Notes: a model not told the origin generated them from the sequence alone. A DNA stretch of 62,258 nucleotides, filler included, from Choristocarpus tenellus KU-1152 (GCA_964200185.2; 11 parts of 11 records of this genome joined end to end with filler, not necessarily neighbours in it); one strand, 5' to 3'; counted from the whole stretch's first letter, positions 1 to 13,071 are shown. Program-made: numbers and translations.

Positions 1-77
1 ACGGTATGAAGGGGATGATGAAGGGGTGTTCTTCGATGGTTGTGGAGTGGTGTTGAGTGGTGTTGAAGGGTGTGGTA

Positions 78-295
78 GTGACTGGAAATCAGTGGCAAAG
101 GGGGTTCGCACTGGCTAGTCATCAGATGTGAGGGGTGACTGGAAATCAGTGGTGAAGGGGGTTCGCCCTGGTTGGTTGGTTATCAGAGATGGGCATTGAC
201 TGGAAATCAGTGGCGAAAGGGGTTCACATTTGTTGGTCATCGCAAAGAGGGGGGAGAGGATGGGGAATCAGTGGCGAAGAGGTCGCACTGGTTGG
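78..295. repeat. Degenerate ~57-65 bp tandem repeat (about 4 units)
   Basis: The core GACTGGAAATCAGTGGnnAAGGGGGTTC recurs at about 80, 137 and 198, and in decayed form at about 262. Confidence 0.8.
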
Positions 296-741
296 TCCCA
301 AGGGGTGATAGAATGTGGGGAGGAAAGGGAAAAGTGGGGAATGCAGACATAGAATTAATAATAATCCAGAATTCGTGAGCAAAACAAAACTCAGATTACC
401 TTACAAACTTTACCTTTTTTTCAATATTTGAACAAGTTTCCCAAAAAGTCGTGTCTAAGGTTAAGCAAAATGTAACAAAGACACAAACCTAATCAAGACC
501 AGAAGTACACAGTATAGCAGTCTGTTGTCTCTCAGTACTGCACAGTACAGCACATACAGTATATTACATCAAGTTTAGATGACTGCATTGTACAGATATA
601 ACGATGCCCTGCGCAGCGGGATCCAGCTACAACATACAGGGTAATACTCCTGGTCCACCGCACTATACCTGCCATAAGTGTCGCGCTGTAGCGGCTATCT
701 TTGTGGCATTTGCGGCGTTGCAGATCCATTTGGTGCCAGCG

Positions 742-1412
742 AAATGAAACGCGTGTACAAATTGTTTATGAGCCCCACCAAGCGCAAGACTTTGAGTCCT
801 CCAGCCAGTGACAACACGGCGTCGACGAAGAGCCATGATAACAAGAACAAGGGTAAGGAGAAGGTTCTGCGAAATATATCTACAGAGAAAGCCTTATCCT
901 ACAAGCCTCGCGGTGTCGACAATCGTAAACGCTCGAGCTTTGCAGAGAAGGCGGGAGCATTGAAACTCCTGAAGACCATGGCGGGAACTGTGGTTGGTGG
1001 TCAAAGGTTTGGAATCGGTCAAAGTCTCAGACTTCCATCGATGCAGCGAGAGCGTGGGTCGATGTGGAAGACAAGACGAAGTGGCCAAGGCAATACTAGA
1101 GGACATGAAAGACCAGCTGCTTGAGGAATCCTTGTACTAGTCAGACAATGAAAGCTCGGGTGACGAGGATGACGATGGGTTTATAGTAGAGGGCAGTACA
1201 TCGGAGGCCACGAGGAAAGGAGCAGCCTCTTCAGTATTCTCCATTCCTCCACCGCCGTACTCTAAAGTAACTGAGGAGTTTACAAGCTTAGAAACAACCG
1301 CCGAAGAGTGCAGATGAATGATGTTTCGTACCATCTCTGGGAAGCAAAGCTGGTTTGGCTCAGCGCAATCGGGGCAAGGGCAATCAAACAAGCGGACATC
1401 CGCGATTTTTTT
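742..1412 (+). mobile_element. Internally deleted, decayed pogo/Tigger-like (Tc1-mariner) transposase remnant
   Basis: RKRSSFAEKAGALKLLKTMAGTVVG.QRFGIG resembles the N-terminal HTH_psq/CENP-B helix-turn-helix. It is followed by an acidic stretch (SDNESSGDEDDDG) and a terminal KQADIRDFF PIP-box-like motif (1386-1412) typical of pogo transposases. No DDE core is present; the region has frameshifts and stops. Confidence 0.55.
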
Positions 1413-1877
1413 GGCGGTCGCGATTTTTTTATTAGCGAATGATTTGTTTTACTCAGTGCATGCGATGGGGAGTGCATGGCGGTGCAGGTGCATTTGATCC
1501 ACAGTGGCGCGTTTTTGATACTGTACTGTATAATATCCTTGTAGATTGCAATTGAGTATGTAGGGCAAGGCATCGGACGGAGATTGGCTTTGAACGTTGG
1601 TTTGATTGTAACTGTGAGTCATTTGTCCAGCCATCCTACGGCTTGCGGGTGCTTTCCCCGGGAAGGTGTACTATGCATATGAGTGAATACATCGTAATGA
1701 GCGTAATTTTACTCAAGCTACAGTAATGTATACATATGACACTGATGTACTATGCAGGGGTGGTGTAGATGTGGTGCTTGCTGCACCACCACAGCTTCAT
1801 CAAAATGGGCTCACTGAGGGAAATGTTCAATACATATCTACATATAACTACCCTTGAAGGCACATGGGAAGCACATA

Positions 1878-2057
1878 GGCTCAAAGTATCTGGGGGAGGG
1901 TGGCGGCTGTCCATTTGGGGTCATTTTTATTATGTCGCGACTTTTGGGTGAAATGGTTGCATACGTCGGATGGATGATGTAAGTACATTTTTCCTGTTTA
2001 TGACCCAAATTGACACCCTGGTGCAGACCCCCTCTCCCCCCCTAGATACTTTGGGTC
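1878..2057 (+). mobile_element. MITE family A (about 180 bp), complete copy
   Basis: TIRs GGCTCAAAGTATCTGGGGG ... CCCCCTAGATACTTTGGGTC, subterminal GTCCATTTGGGG/CCCAAATTGAC, flanked by ATA on both sides (3-bp TSD). Confidence 0.9.
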
Positions 2058-2518
2058 ATACAGCAAGGACGTCGCTCTGTAGTCGTTCGGGGAGAAGTAT
2101 AAAGTGCCTACGAACACTGTTCCTCAATATAACATAGGTTTCTTTTATCACCATCCGTCGGTTTAAGAGAAAAACACTCTTATATATGATAAGAGAGGAT
2201 CGAGATATAAGAGAGTTTTTCTTGCCCCTACCCTCTCTTATATAGGTACACCCTCTGTATAGCAAAACCAGTCTATGCAAAAGGTGTTATGTATCGTCTG
2301 AACGGTTGTCTTTACCTAATTCTACAGCACTACTACGCAGAAGTTGATTTGAATATTTATCTGGCTTAGCCTTCCAAACGTTCAATCAATGTAAATGCGT
2401 CGAAAATAGGGTTAGGATTAGGGTATGTATAATATGTGTCACATCATCAGTTTCCTCAAATATTGATTCGAGTTTGTCATCTTGTTTCTTCTTCACACAA
2501 GAAGTAATCAGTTATCAA

Positions 2519-2769
2519 GAAAGTATCTTAGAGGGTACGAGTTTTGCCCTGTTTGTCCATTTGGGGCTTGGCTTCCCATGCTTTTTTTTAGCGGCATTTT
2601 CCTACTCCAAAATGTTTCGGAGTAGGTGAAATGTATACGTTATGAAAATGTGTGTCCGAAACATGGATATTGACACTTCCTAACAAACATGACAACATTA
2701 CATCAAAATCGCTACATTGGATTTTGGCCCCCAAATGGACGCGGTTCTACCCTTAAGATACTTTGGCTC
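2519..2769 (-). mobile_element. MITE family B (about 250 bp)
   Basis: TIRs AAAGTATCTTAGAGGGTA ... TACCCTTAAGATACTTTGGCTC; the interior matches the copies at 43484, 48503, 56728 and 57254. Confidence 0.9.
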
Positions 2770-3923
2770 ATGCATGCCACAGACGTATCAGTACCCATTT
2801 CACTCCAGCCAAAGTCTGATTGAGTAAGACATCCCTTCAGATGCACCAGACCAAACCCGCAGGTGTCTTGTTGCACTATGACACACACACTTGCCTCTAA
2901 ATGTGTTAATCACAGCACAACCAAACATGCCTTCACATCGAACACTGTCTGACTGAATACAACATATCATCAGATCTACCAGAACAAATTTTCATAAGTG
3001 CTTTGTTGTGCTAAGATCTCCTTCGTCACAGACCAGACACATCACAACAACACACACAAATAATACGAAATCAGGTTTCAACAGGTGTTGCCCTTGTCTT
3101 TCTTTACTTAGCCTATCCGAGTGGCAATTTGTAACAACATTGCTCACTACTGGTAAGGGAACCAATGAATTAATGTTAAAACATAGGCTACTCATCTGTT
3201 TTTCCTTGATATGATACAGTTCCACCAGTCTACACTGACTGTTGGTTGGTCTGTTCCGCACTGGTCGTTACTGTCACTAGTTCATCATCACCACATCAAT
3301 TACCCTCAGAACACCACAGTACAGAACAGCGCTTTGCATTCTACACACAGGAATAATATGGGTCACTTGAGTTGTATCACATATTGATTCAAGTTTGTTC
3401 TCTTGTTCTCTTGTTTGTTCTTCTTTTTTCTCTATTTTTCTTCTTCTTCTCAGCAGAAGATGGCAGTTGTACGTTAATTGTTGATTATTATTTCTTTCTT
3501 GGTTGTTATTGATCCCACATAATTCACCAAGCTCACTCTGCAATAAGTGTACCTGATGATCACCTGGATGTAATATATTCAGAGTTAAAACCATCCACAG
3601 AAACCCTTGCCAGCCAAGGTAACAAACCTCTCCACAGAGCATGAACTTCTTTCGTTGAGTAACTAATGAATCAACACTGAATTCACATCTCATTCTTCTT
3701 GACTGAGAGATCAATGACCTCAGTTACAACAGAATAAATACATCGGTGCTTTGCAGTCCAATCACATCTATTCACAACATAGACTACATATTTTACTCAT
3801 CGGTGCTTTGCAACACCACAATTCCTCATCGCTTGTAGTCTACGCATTTTGCTTACATGTACGATGCAATCGATTCAAGTTTCAACAATTAGCACACCCT
3901 AAAGTATAAGCCCTATCGATAAG

Positions 3924-4103
3924 GGCTCAAAGTATCTGCGGGGGGGTGGCGGCTGTCCATTTGGGGTCATTTTTTTTATGTCGCGATTTTTGGGTGAAAT
4001 GGTTGCATACGTTGGATGGATGATGTAAGTACATTTTTCCTGGTTATGACCCAAATTGACACCCTGGTGCAGACCCCCCTTCCCCCCCTAGATACGTTCG
4101 GTC
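3924..4103 (+). mobile_element. MITE family A, complete copy
   Basis: Near-identical to 1878-2057; flanks AAG/AAA. Confidence 0.9.
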
Positions 4104-5208
4104 AAACTCTGAATCTGACCCAACACAAGAAGAGGGAACTACTTCAGTTGGGCACCCCTACACACGCATGTTGGTTTTCCCATTCCACCCCTAAAATCTC
4201 CTGGGTAGTACGATCTTGGGGAGTAGATTTCTCCACCAAACCCTGTGCTGATAAAGAGGCAGTAGGGACTGTAATGAATTCTTGCATCATCTCATTGGGG
4301 GCCTTGGGGGTGAGGTTATCAAACGAGCGGGGGCGATAATCGGGTCTATAAATCTCGCCGTCCAGGTTAAAGAAATGACGCTCTGTGCTGTGTCCCTTTC
4401 GGGATTTAGCACCGCAGCCTGCAAATTCACAAAACAATTTTTTGAATCATGCGCACACGCTTTTTCTCGGTTTTTTGTTGCGTCAGGATAGGCTCGCGAT
4501 TTGAACCTGGATTTTTCCGTTTCTTTGCATGCAACATATTGATCTCTGCTTTTAGTTCTTGGGCCAACTTCTGTAGAGGCTCAAGGTCAGAAAGCCGTGA
4601 CTCTGTGACCAGGAAGGAAAGTAATTTTTTCTGTGGCTAAAGTTGAAACCGTAGCGTTGTAATATGAACGGTCCCCAAATTCAAGGCCTGATCTAGACTC
4701 ATCGACCAAAGTGACCGCATCGACCAGTTCGCCAAAAGTTTGGGAGGGTTGGGCAAGGATCGAATGGCGCGTAAAATCGGGGTTGGATCCAAAGACTAAA
4801 CACACATTGCTAGGCAGTTGGCTAATTATCAGGAATGATGCGGTTGTCTACCGTCTTTCCAATTCTTTGACCAAACGCCCGTGGCCTTTCCCACTCTGGC
4901 ACGTAAGAATGAATTGTTGTTTGGAAGTAGTTATCCAAATTAAATTGAGAGGTAACCTGGAGGGTGAACTCCTCTACCAACTGGTCTTACGATGCAAAAT
5001 AGGTCGCGGCCAAAAAACTTCTGGTGTGGCGTTGGGATAATGATGTTCGCACGCTCCTAAAGAGCGCGGTGCTTTAACAAGAAGATATTGATGTATAGAA
5101 TGTTCCTTATTACAGCGAAGAGTGAGACCTATCCATAAGAGAGGGCTAGTTCCTAGTCTCAATAACCATGCTTTCACGCAAATTCGGTGTAGCACTGATA
5201 GAAACATT

Positions 5209-5284
5209 GGCTCAAAGTATCTTGGGGGGGGGGGGGGATTGTGAGGGGGGGTCCGTTTCGAACAGAGGATTTTCAAAATTGAGG
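5209..5284 (+). mobile_element. Left terminus of an element related to MITE A, truncated at contig end
   Basis: GGCTCAAAGTATCTT followed by poly-G. Similar isolated termini occur at 29678-29701, 30829-30858, 32453, 38190-38219, 43889-43947, 44048-44074, 51416-51434, 58097 and 62210-62247. Confidence 0.75.
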
Positions 5285-5384
5285 NNNNNNNNNNNNNNNN
5301 NNNNNNNNNNNNNNNNNNNNNNNNNNNNTTAATTAATTAANNNNNNNNNNNNNNNNNNNNNNNNNNNNNNNNNNNNNNNNNNNN
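5285..5384. other. Artificial contig spacer N44-TTAATTAATTAA-N44 (first of ten)
   Basis: Identical 100-bp linkers with stops in all six frames at 5285-5384, 10318-10417, 15254-15353, 25789-25888, 29578-29677, 38074-38173, 43948-44047, 48180-48279, 51316-51415 and 58201-58300; there is also a 10-N gap at 6613-6622. Confidence 0.97.
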
Positions 5385-5650
5385 AAGAAGATCAAACAGC
5401 TTGGTTGGTTTGATTTGAGACTGAGAGTCCAAAAAAGGGAGGTCGGACGGAAAGACGGGGGGGGGGGGGGGGGTAATGACACCAAGGACAAGGGAACCAC
5501 TCAAGACCATAAGATGGAGTCGACTGGGTACTGACTGCACAATGAGTGACAAAAAAAAAGGAGCTGGGTTTAAACCTCTTGGACTGACTCATTGTACATG
5601 GTTTGCACTTTGAAACGTATTGACCGGTGCACAATGACATGGATTTTTAC

Positions 5651-5673
5651 AACCCTAACCCTAACCCTAACCC
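5651..5673. repeat. Interstitial telomeric repeat (CCCTAA)n
   Basis: AACCCTAACCCTAACCCTAACCC; further tracts at 21481-21497, 54952-54965, 55661-55675, 56025-56048, 56131-56160, 56968-56979 and 57345-57359. Confidence 0.9.
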
Positions 5674-6333
5674 AGAAATACAAAAAAAATACACCTTTTA
5701 TAAATATAATTTCTTAAGTAAAGAGCTGTCCGAACAAAATGTAACATTATTCCCCACCGTATATATTTTTTTAAATAAAAGTTCTTTATCCTCACAACAA
5801 CAACAATAAGAACAATAAATTTGTGCATCAAATCACCGCGCGTCTCGATCAGATCAGGTACCGATCAGGACGCACACGGGACGAGAAAAGGTGTGTCACC
5901 ATTCAAGCAAACAGCAGAGCCAGTTTCACAATGTTTTCAAGACTTGCATTTTTACCCCCCATCTTCAAACCACAAGATATAATTTATTTATTTTTTAATG
6001 GGAAACGCATAGTCAAGCATAGAAACCCTACGAATGACTGCGCACTACTTTCCACAAATAATAAAAAATGGAGCAGTAGGTCCAGAGATGAAAAAAAAAA
6101 TGAAGATGTGTATTGATGTATTGATGTATCGATAGATCTTCAAGGGTTAGGGTGAAACAAAAAAGAAGCTGATGTGTGCGGAGGACTGGCAAAACAATAT
6201 CTAAACCGTAGAACAAATCAGGGAAGGAAGGTATAGAATTAATTGATCAAGGGCCGACGGAAGTGTAGTGGACTACTACTAATACTTTAAAATATACTGT
6301 TGGCGATATGAAGTATTGAATCTATTTATATTT

Positions 6334-6369
<36 letters not shown>

Positions 6370-9300
6370 TGTCAGCAGTGCATGCACATATTGATGGTGT
6401 ACCTTATAATGTCATATGCCAATCCGATGATCCTCCCAATCAATCTCTGACTGGTGGGAATCTCCCATTTTGTCCTCAAAAGTCACAAAAAAAATGGCTG
6501 TATTTAACTTCTCTGGTACAACTCAAACTCCCCCCCCCCCCCCCCCCCCCCCCCCCCCACCACCCCACCACAAAACACAACCGCCCCTTCTTGCTCCGCC
6601 TCACTGGATTCTNNNNNNNNNNCAAACAGCTCCGAAAAGATCCAAGAAAACCAGGGCTATTCTTTATTTCCCGGCTGATGAATGTTCCATGAGGCAGACA
6701 CTTTCTCTGGCTGCACAACTAATTTTCCCTGTCTAGGATTAGTTCAACTAACATTTCTCCATCTCCTTCACCGGACTGCAGCCAGCGCAGCCCCACACCC
6801 CATGCAGCTCCCCCCACCTTGCCCTACCAGTCCCTTCCCTTGTTGGCTCTTACTTTTTCCCGCCAGCCCCCCCAACGACAATCACAAAATACTTGTAAGA
6901 AAATTCTGTACGGTGAAAGTACCTGAATTTAAAAAAAAAAGAAAGATATATGTTCCGTGTTCGACAGCAGGTGGGTACGGGGTATGGCCTCTACCAAGGG
7001 GGGTTGCTTGCCACCACTGTCACCCAAGGGTTGCCTATTGAAGTATCATGTGAGAGACATGAGGAACAAATGAGCAAATAGGGAGGAAAATCTACTCCGT
7101 TTTGCAGGTTGCATAGCTCTTGCAACAATTATTGCCTCCGAACCTAAACTTAACCCGGGGTTGTGGAGGCGTTTCTCCTTTTCATATCAATTTTTTTTTT
7201 TTCGCGACCTACTATGACAAGGCCGGAAATCACACACTGCATCCAGACTCCCGTGGGTGAAAGCTTATTGAGGTGGGATGGGGTCAGTGTGTTGTCAGCA
7301 GGCCAACTATCGAGAGCTTGGAGACAGAATGAGTCGAAGGCGCTTGTGTGCTCAAGGGAGTGTTGGAAGGTCTTCTTGGGGGAGGGTCATGCTGCGTCTC
7401 ATGCACTGCCATGCGGTATATATAGTTGAGGATAAGTCTTCAAACTGTGTAGAAGTAAAAATACCACTACTTATCACCACATCGATATAATATCGCCCTC
7501 CAACATTGTGCAAGGGACTATTAAAAACTGTTGTAGCACCATGAAGGTTGCTGGTGAGCTAGATTTTCAAATGCATAAATCCCTGCAGTTCCGTGTTCCA
7601 AAAATAACGTGTATGTGTTCTCTTCAAGCCTTCACAAAGAGACCTGTGGCAGCAGAGCTCAGTCAAGCAAAATCAGCTAATGACACATTCAAACTATATC
7701 TAGAACGTAAGATCTTCAACCTTGCAGGACTTTGACCTCTTGACGGGTTTCCCTTTTACAGGAGCATGCCGCAAATCAATGCCAAGAGAATGTATGGTGC
7801 ACATATATGTCACACGTCAGAACCGCTTGTCATTACTACAGTATTCTTTTTTTTTACAATATGCTCGATATTTGTCTTGACTAGATCTAATCTGGGCATA
7901 GACCAATGAACATGGGAAGGTATTGGGTGTGCAACAGATGAAAATGTGTCCTGTAAAACAAATGGTTACACCTCAATTATGCCTTGACCTTTCAGACTCA
8001 CAATGAGGTTGTGGTTTAGGTGGCGTAGTTCACCACATTTTAAGGTACTTCACGAATAAATACCCAAGTATATATATTAAGCAGAATAGTATCAAGGTAT
8101 CTCTTCACCCATTGAACAAGTATCACCGAGGAAAATGCCCTGTTTTCCCACTCGAATTACTCCATTGGATACATCAGCGCATGGATGAATTTATCAACCA
8201 GTTGCATGATCAAACGAAATTGGACTACGTTTCACTATCCCAACAAGGCTAGGGCAGTGAGGGCACTTGATACTGAGATAGGGGAAGCAAACTTGCGTAT
8301 ATTTCAACCCTTGGTCGCAGGCAGCATCATACTTCATTGGCACTGGCAGACAACATCTTGCCGGGGTGCCACAATTTGGAGAGTAATAAAAAATCTTCTG
8401 TTTCTGCCGCTTCTAGTTTCTGAACTATGTTTAGGTTTCCCCAACACTCTCGAACTACAAACTTTCGCACACACTGGCTATGTCGTAAGACCGCTTCATA
8501 GCAGCAGTGCTCTCACATCAAGAAAGTCATATATACATACCATCCTTAATCCTGGAGCATCGGATGATAATTGCAGGGCCATGATCCACTAACACCAAGA
8601 GAAAGGGGAACTAGCCATGTCTTGGCGAAGGGTCTGCGACAGTTCGTCAATACATAACTCAATCTCCCCACTGTCAGACAACGCATAATGACACACCAGG
8701 TGAGGCTGATGCAATCAAGGACACTTTTGAATCCTTCACCAACCACTGTACGATTGCAAGCTCACCACAAATCCAGCCCAAATAGCCCCACGAACCACAT
8801 GACCCTCTTGTCTGCTCTTTCTCCTGTTACTTTGTCCATCCTCCCCTCGCCTGTGCCGATGGCGGTTATCTCTCCTAGGTCGCCCATGATTCCTTGTTCG
8901 CCCACCTGGCCGTACACTGGTGCCGCGTCTATGACCGGGCATTTTGATATTTATATCTCTGTACAACACTTCTTTGCCAATTGTAATGGTGGTGATGAGG
9001 AGAGTGATCATCCAACACATTGTGTGTAGGTTGTGATAACCTGAATGTCGAAAAAAAAAAGTGAGTTTGGTTGAACTTTAACTTATATTATAATGTAGGT
9101 TTGCTGGTTACCCTAACGCCCTTTATCGTGCGAGTCCCCAGGTTCAAAGCCCGCTTACAGAGACCAGATTTTTTTCGAGGCACACTTGTACTAAATATCT
9201 TGCGCTAAGCCACAAAAGGGACATGCAGAAAGATCTGGAAAGGCGAAGATTCGCCATTGCGAACGATGGGAATATCCATCAGATTCGAGGGAGGAAGCGC

Positions 9301-9583
9301 TGAGGGTTGGAATGGCAAGTGTACTAAACAACAGGAGGAGGGGTGGTATGAATGTGTGGCTGACAGCACAATGAGCTTCAAGGTTGAATGCCAACCCAAG
9401 GAGGAAATTGTGATAGCTAATATACACGACACACAGAAGCAACAAATAAGGTCACTCAAGACACCACCACCACCACCACCACCACTGTCTGGTGAATGGT
9501 GTTCCTTCATCGACTGATTTCTCTTCCCTCCTTTGTCCATTCTTCTTTTTTCTCTTCCTCGTATTGTATGTTTTGATGATCAT

Positions 9584-9997
9584 TGTGGAAAGCATGTTTG
9601 TCTATTGTTATACCGTTATTGCCGTATGCCATACACCGTTACACCGTTGTACCGATTGAGGTTCCTTGTCAAGTATCCATGCCATGATTCCACAGGCGGA
9701 CCTTCCGTCAGAATGAAACCATGGGATCTCTGCACGAGACCAATCCCACAGACTTGGGACTTTTCGTCATTCAGAGTTGTCACACATGGAAGATCCACTT
9801 TGTTCTCATGTCTTGACTTGTAGTGATGAGGTCCTTCTTTGAAGATGCTCATGACTCCTCAATTTACACTTGTCCAACCTTAACCTCGTACCCTCAGTTA
9901 CGGTTCGTCTTTGTTCGTCTGGTTCGTCTTGCTCGGTGATTCTCTTCACCACCCTTGCCTGAGTGAACCACACCGCCACAGAATCACACGATTCACA
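9584..9997 (+). mobile_element. Solo LTR of the Ty3/Gypsy family present at 58301-61690
   Basis: Starts TGT, ends ACA and is flanked by a perfect 4-bp TSD (TCAT at 9580-9583 and 9998-10001). It is the reverse-complement homolog of 61315-61690 (for example CCTTGCCTGAGTGAACCACACCGCCACAGAATCACACGATTCACA). Confidence 0.92.
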
Positions 9998-10204
9998 TCA
10001 TGCATGATGTTTTCTTCTGTGCGTTCTATTTATTTCTTTTATTTCATTCTTCTCTTCTCTTCTCTTCTCTCGTTTGTTTGCTTTCTTTCTTCCACTACTA
10101 TTTATTGCATTTCTTTTGGTCCGTCCTGCCCTTTCTAAAGTAGTATGTATTGCCTTCCTTGGACTGCATTTTCAACCACAGATCTGAGATGCCATAAAGT
10201 GATA

Positions 10205-10317
10205 GAGTCAAAGTATCTTAGAGGGTAGAGTTGCGTCCATTTGTGGATCAAAATTCAATGTTGCGATTTTGATGTAATTTTGGTTATCCTGTTTGTTAGG
10301 AAGTGTCAATATCTATG
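10205..10317 (+). mobile_element. MITE family B, left half (truncated by spacer)
   Basis: GAGTCAAAGTATCTTAGAGGGTAG...GTTAGGAAGTGTCAATATC. Confidence 0.85.
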
Positions 10318-10568
10318 NNNNNNNNNNNNNNNNNNNNNNNNNNNNNNNNNNNNNNNNNNNNTTAATTAATTAANNNNNNNNNNNNNNNNNNNNNNNNNNN
10401 NNNNNNNNNNNNNNNNNGGGGGGAAGATACTCATGTAAGGCGAAGAGCAATCTATAATGATTTCAACCAATAGAATGAGGGGGATGGAGGCGTGTCCGTC
10501 TTACGGGTTTTGCAAATGTGATTTCGATAGCACTATTATCATTCCGTCATCCTCAAGTTCAACAGATG

Positions 10569-10572
<4 letters not shown>

Positions 10573-10609
<37 letters not shown>
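10573..10609. repeat. (GA)n microsatellite
   Basis: Perfect GA run. Other simple repeats: (TA)n at about 6338-6368, (GT)n at about 11236-11260, poly-C at about 14937-14996 and (GGAT)n at about 15554-15573. Confidence 0.95.
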
Positions 10610-10612
<3 letters not shown>

Positions 10613-10868
10613 CAAGGTACAAGATGGACAGTACGTCTTGGACAGAGGAATCAATACGGGTTATAATAATGGAAGAGAACTTTGCAGCAACCAAAGAGCT
10701 GTCAATTCAATCCAAATGCACTCATGAGAGATGAGAGTCTAGTCCTCTTTAGTCACTCAAAGCTATGATTTGTTCCCTTTCAAAAAAAGGAATCTCCCCC
10801 CCCAACCCCCCCCAGACAACCTTCATATGCTCAGATAAGAAAAGCCAAAGCACAGGCCATACACATAC

Positions 10869-12635
10869 CTGAGTGAGGTCAAAAACTACTATGATACCCT
10901 CCACCTGCTCCTCTTCCCCCTCCCCAACTATTTTCAATCCAGCAGAGGAAATGGCGTGAATGGATTGGATCTCCCTTCCCAGCCAAAGTGTCACCTTTGC
11001 AGTCAATACACACACGAGCGCGCAGCCACAATAAAGCAAACGCACACAAGTTAAGCTGTTGGTTTTTCAAGAAAATGACACAATTAAAACATATTCTTCC
11101 TGAGACTAAAGAAAGCTGGAGTGTCTGTCCATCAAGAAGGATAGGTCGAAGGGATGCTTCAAAGGCACAAGATACCTATAGAGAAAATATCGCAGTTGTT
11201 GTCCACAATACATACCCCTTTATGTACAGTTTTCGTGTGTGTGTGTGTGTGTGTGTGTGTGAGTTTGTGATACGGGGATATTGAAGTGGAGAAGGGCATT
11301 GCTCTTCTTGGCCTGGGTTCTGAACTGGATTTATCCAGGGAAGATTCCGCATTACATGGGATTAGATTTTACCTTCATTCATCAACAGGAGAGGCAATGC
11401 TCTGAAAATTCCAGCACAACACAGGGTACCAAAGGTTCCCCAAAAAACGGAACTCGCAGCGGAATTGTTCACGACAAAATCGTAGCATACCCATAGAAAG
11501 ACAACACTGCGATCACTCTCACAAAAAGAACTGCAGTTCAGAGACAACAACTAACAAACGTTACAAAGAAGGTGGATGCAAAAACTCCACGGCCACACAA
11601 AAAGACGCACATGTGAGGACAAACAACTGAGAAGAGTGGAAACAACACAAAAGAACTACACGAACACACAGCATCAGGCCTGTATTTTGCAAAAGAACTA
11701 CACGGATAGACGGTGCGCTACGGTTTCCAGAGGAGTGTGCACCCTCTGCATGCATTTTTTTTTCCCATTCCCCTCGGTCCAGACTTGCAACTGACGGCAT
11801 CTTTTTATGGAATTGCTGGGTTGTATACACACCAACTCGCATCATGCTAGTACTGTACGAGCAGGGGGAAGAGGACCACCCACATTGGCGCTGTAGTACT
11901 TGGTCTTGATAGGTAGGACAAACTGCTCGAACACGGCATCGGCTCCATCCAGCCGCACCACCCTGGCAAGTCCATTTCAGAAGTATGTTGGATTGAAGAG
12001 AAGTCAAGTACGGCGTCCAGATAGGACGTAAAGAAAAGAGTAGAAAAAAAAAAAGACTGTGGTCAGAGAATAACGGCCGAGGGAAATTCGACGTAGACTT
12101 AAGTCGGACAAGATGGAACAGGAAGGAGTAGTTAGAGTCAGCATGGGAGTCGAGCATTGAGAATGAACTAATGAACTGCAGCCAGATACATCAAACCCCA
12201 CCTGCGTTGCACAAGCTTTACCTACACATGTGTACAATAGGCGGAACATCAGAGCACACACACTATAATAGTATCAAAATACCCCATCATCACTTGTTGG
12301 GTGATGCTTGACCAGTCGCCAACGAGCTATCCTTCACGCCGCCCACCTCCTCACTTCCAAATGAGTTTAGAAGGACTGGTAAATTTCCCATGCACACCGT
12401 GGACAGAAAGTGATTAGTTGTTGCAGGCATGACAGTAATATAACAAGGGAGTGGAGGGTTTGATCTGTCTTAATCAACGACACAGTATCTCCCAATATAC
12501 CTGTCTATCAACTCAACGATGTATCATGTCAACTTCAAATGATGAGAGGTCCACTCCAAGTAGTAAGTAAGGTGGGTTCGTACCTTGAATGAGTGTCTGC
12601 TTCCCTTCCTTATCTTCCCCAACCACCAGGAGCAT
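10869..12635 (-). CDS. AAGAB: Alpha- and gamma-adaptin-binding protein p34 (AAGAB), 5' partial, 4 exons
   Basis: Exons 12635-12584, 12375-12294, 11962-11884 and 10994-10869 have GT-AG sites and compatible phases (1,2,0). They splice to MLLVVGEDKEGKQTLIQVLLNSFG...FVLPIKTKYYSANVTLWL...VEGIIVVFDLTQ. The TKYYsAxV motif and the G-protein-like strands are hallmarks of the AAGAB/Irc6 N-terminal domain. Confidence 0.82.
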
Positions 12636-13071
12636 TGTTCGAAATCGATTAAACACGGCCTGTACCGCGACCTAAACCACGACCTGAACCACGACCTCAA
12701 TGGACTTTGAGAGGAACAATCTTTCGTAGAAATTGAAAATTGTTGTTGGGATTGAAGGTTAGGGATATTGCTTGTCTAACTGAATATTAAACTAGGGGTT
12801 AGGGAAGAGAAGGTTTGTGAACGGTCCATGTTGATCCATCCACCAGGGTATCGGACAGCGTCCTAACCACTACCCACCCGAGTATCCTCTTCCCAGACAG
12901 TTTGCCGGCCATCTGATCTCTGCCGAAGGTTCTGTCTCATCGAGAACTGAAAGGCTGAGGTGAGAACTTGGTGAACACAACGACCTGAGGTTGCAGTTGG
13001 AGAGGTCCTTCTCTTGTAACCTGGGACTGTCTTGGTTAGAGCTGATCGAAGTGGATCAGGTACCTCCCACT
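12636..13071. promoter_or_regulatory. Putative bidirectional promoter between AAGAB and the La-motif gene
   Basis: Only 436 bp separate the two divergent ATGs. The interval contains a 12-bp repeat AACCACGACCTn (about 12665-12698) and GGTTAGGG motifs at about 12757 and 12797. Confidence 0.55.

Noticed and set aside
5329-5340. Recurrent TTAATTAATTAA motif as a biological element
   Set aside because: It is always centred in 44+44 N and is an artificial six-frame stop linker. ORFs running into it are artefacts.
7220-9400. Further LINE remnants (about 7220-7400 -, 8100-8750 -, 9230-9400 +), with similar weak cases at 33120-33530 and Copia-like 18470-19010
   Set aside because: Only faint motif echoes (for example CDFRP); too decayed to call without a translated search.
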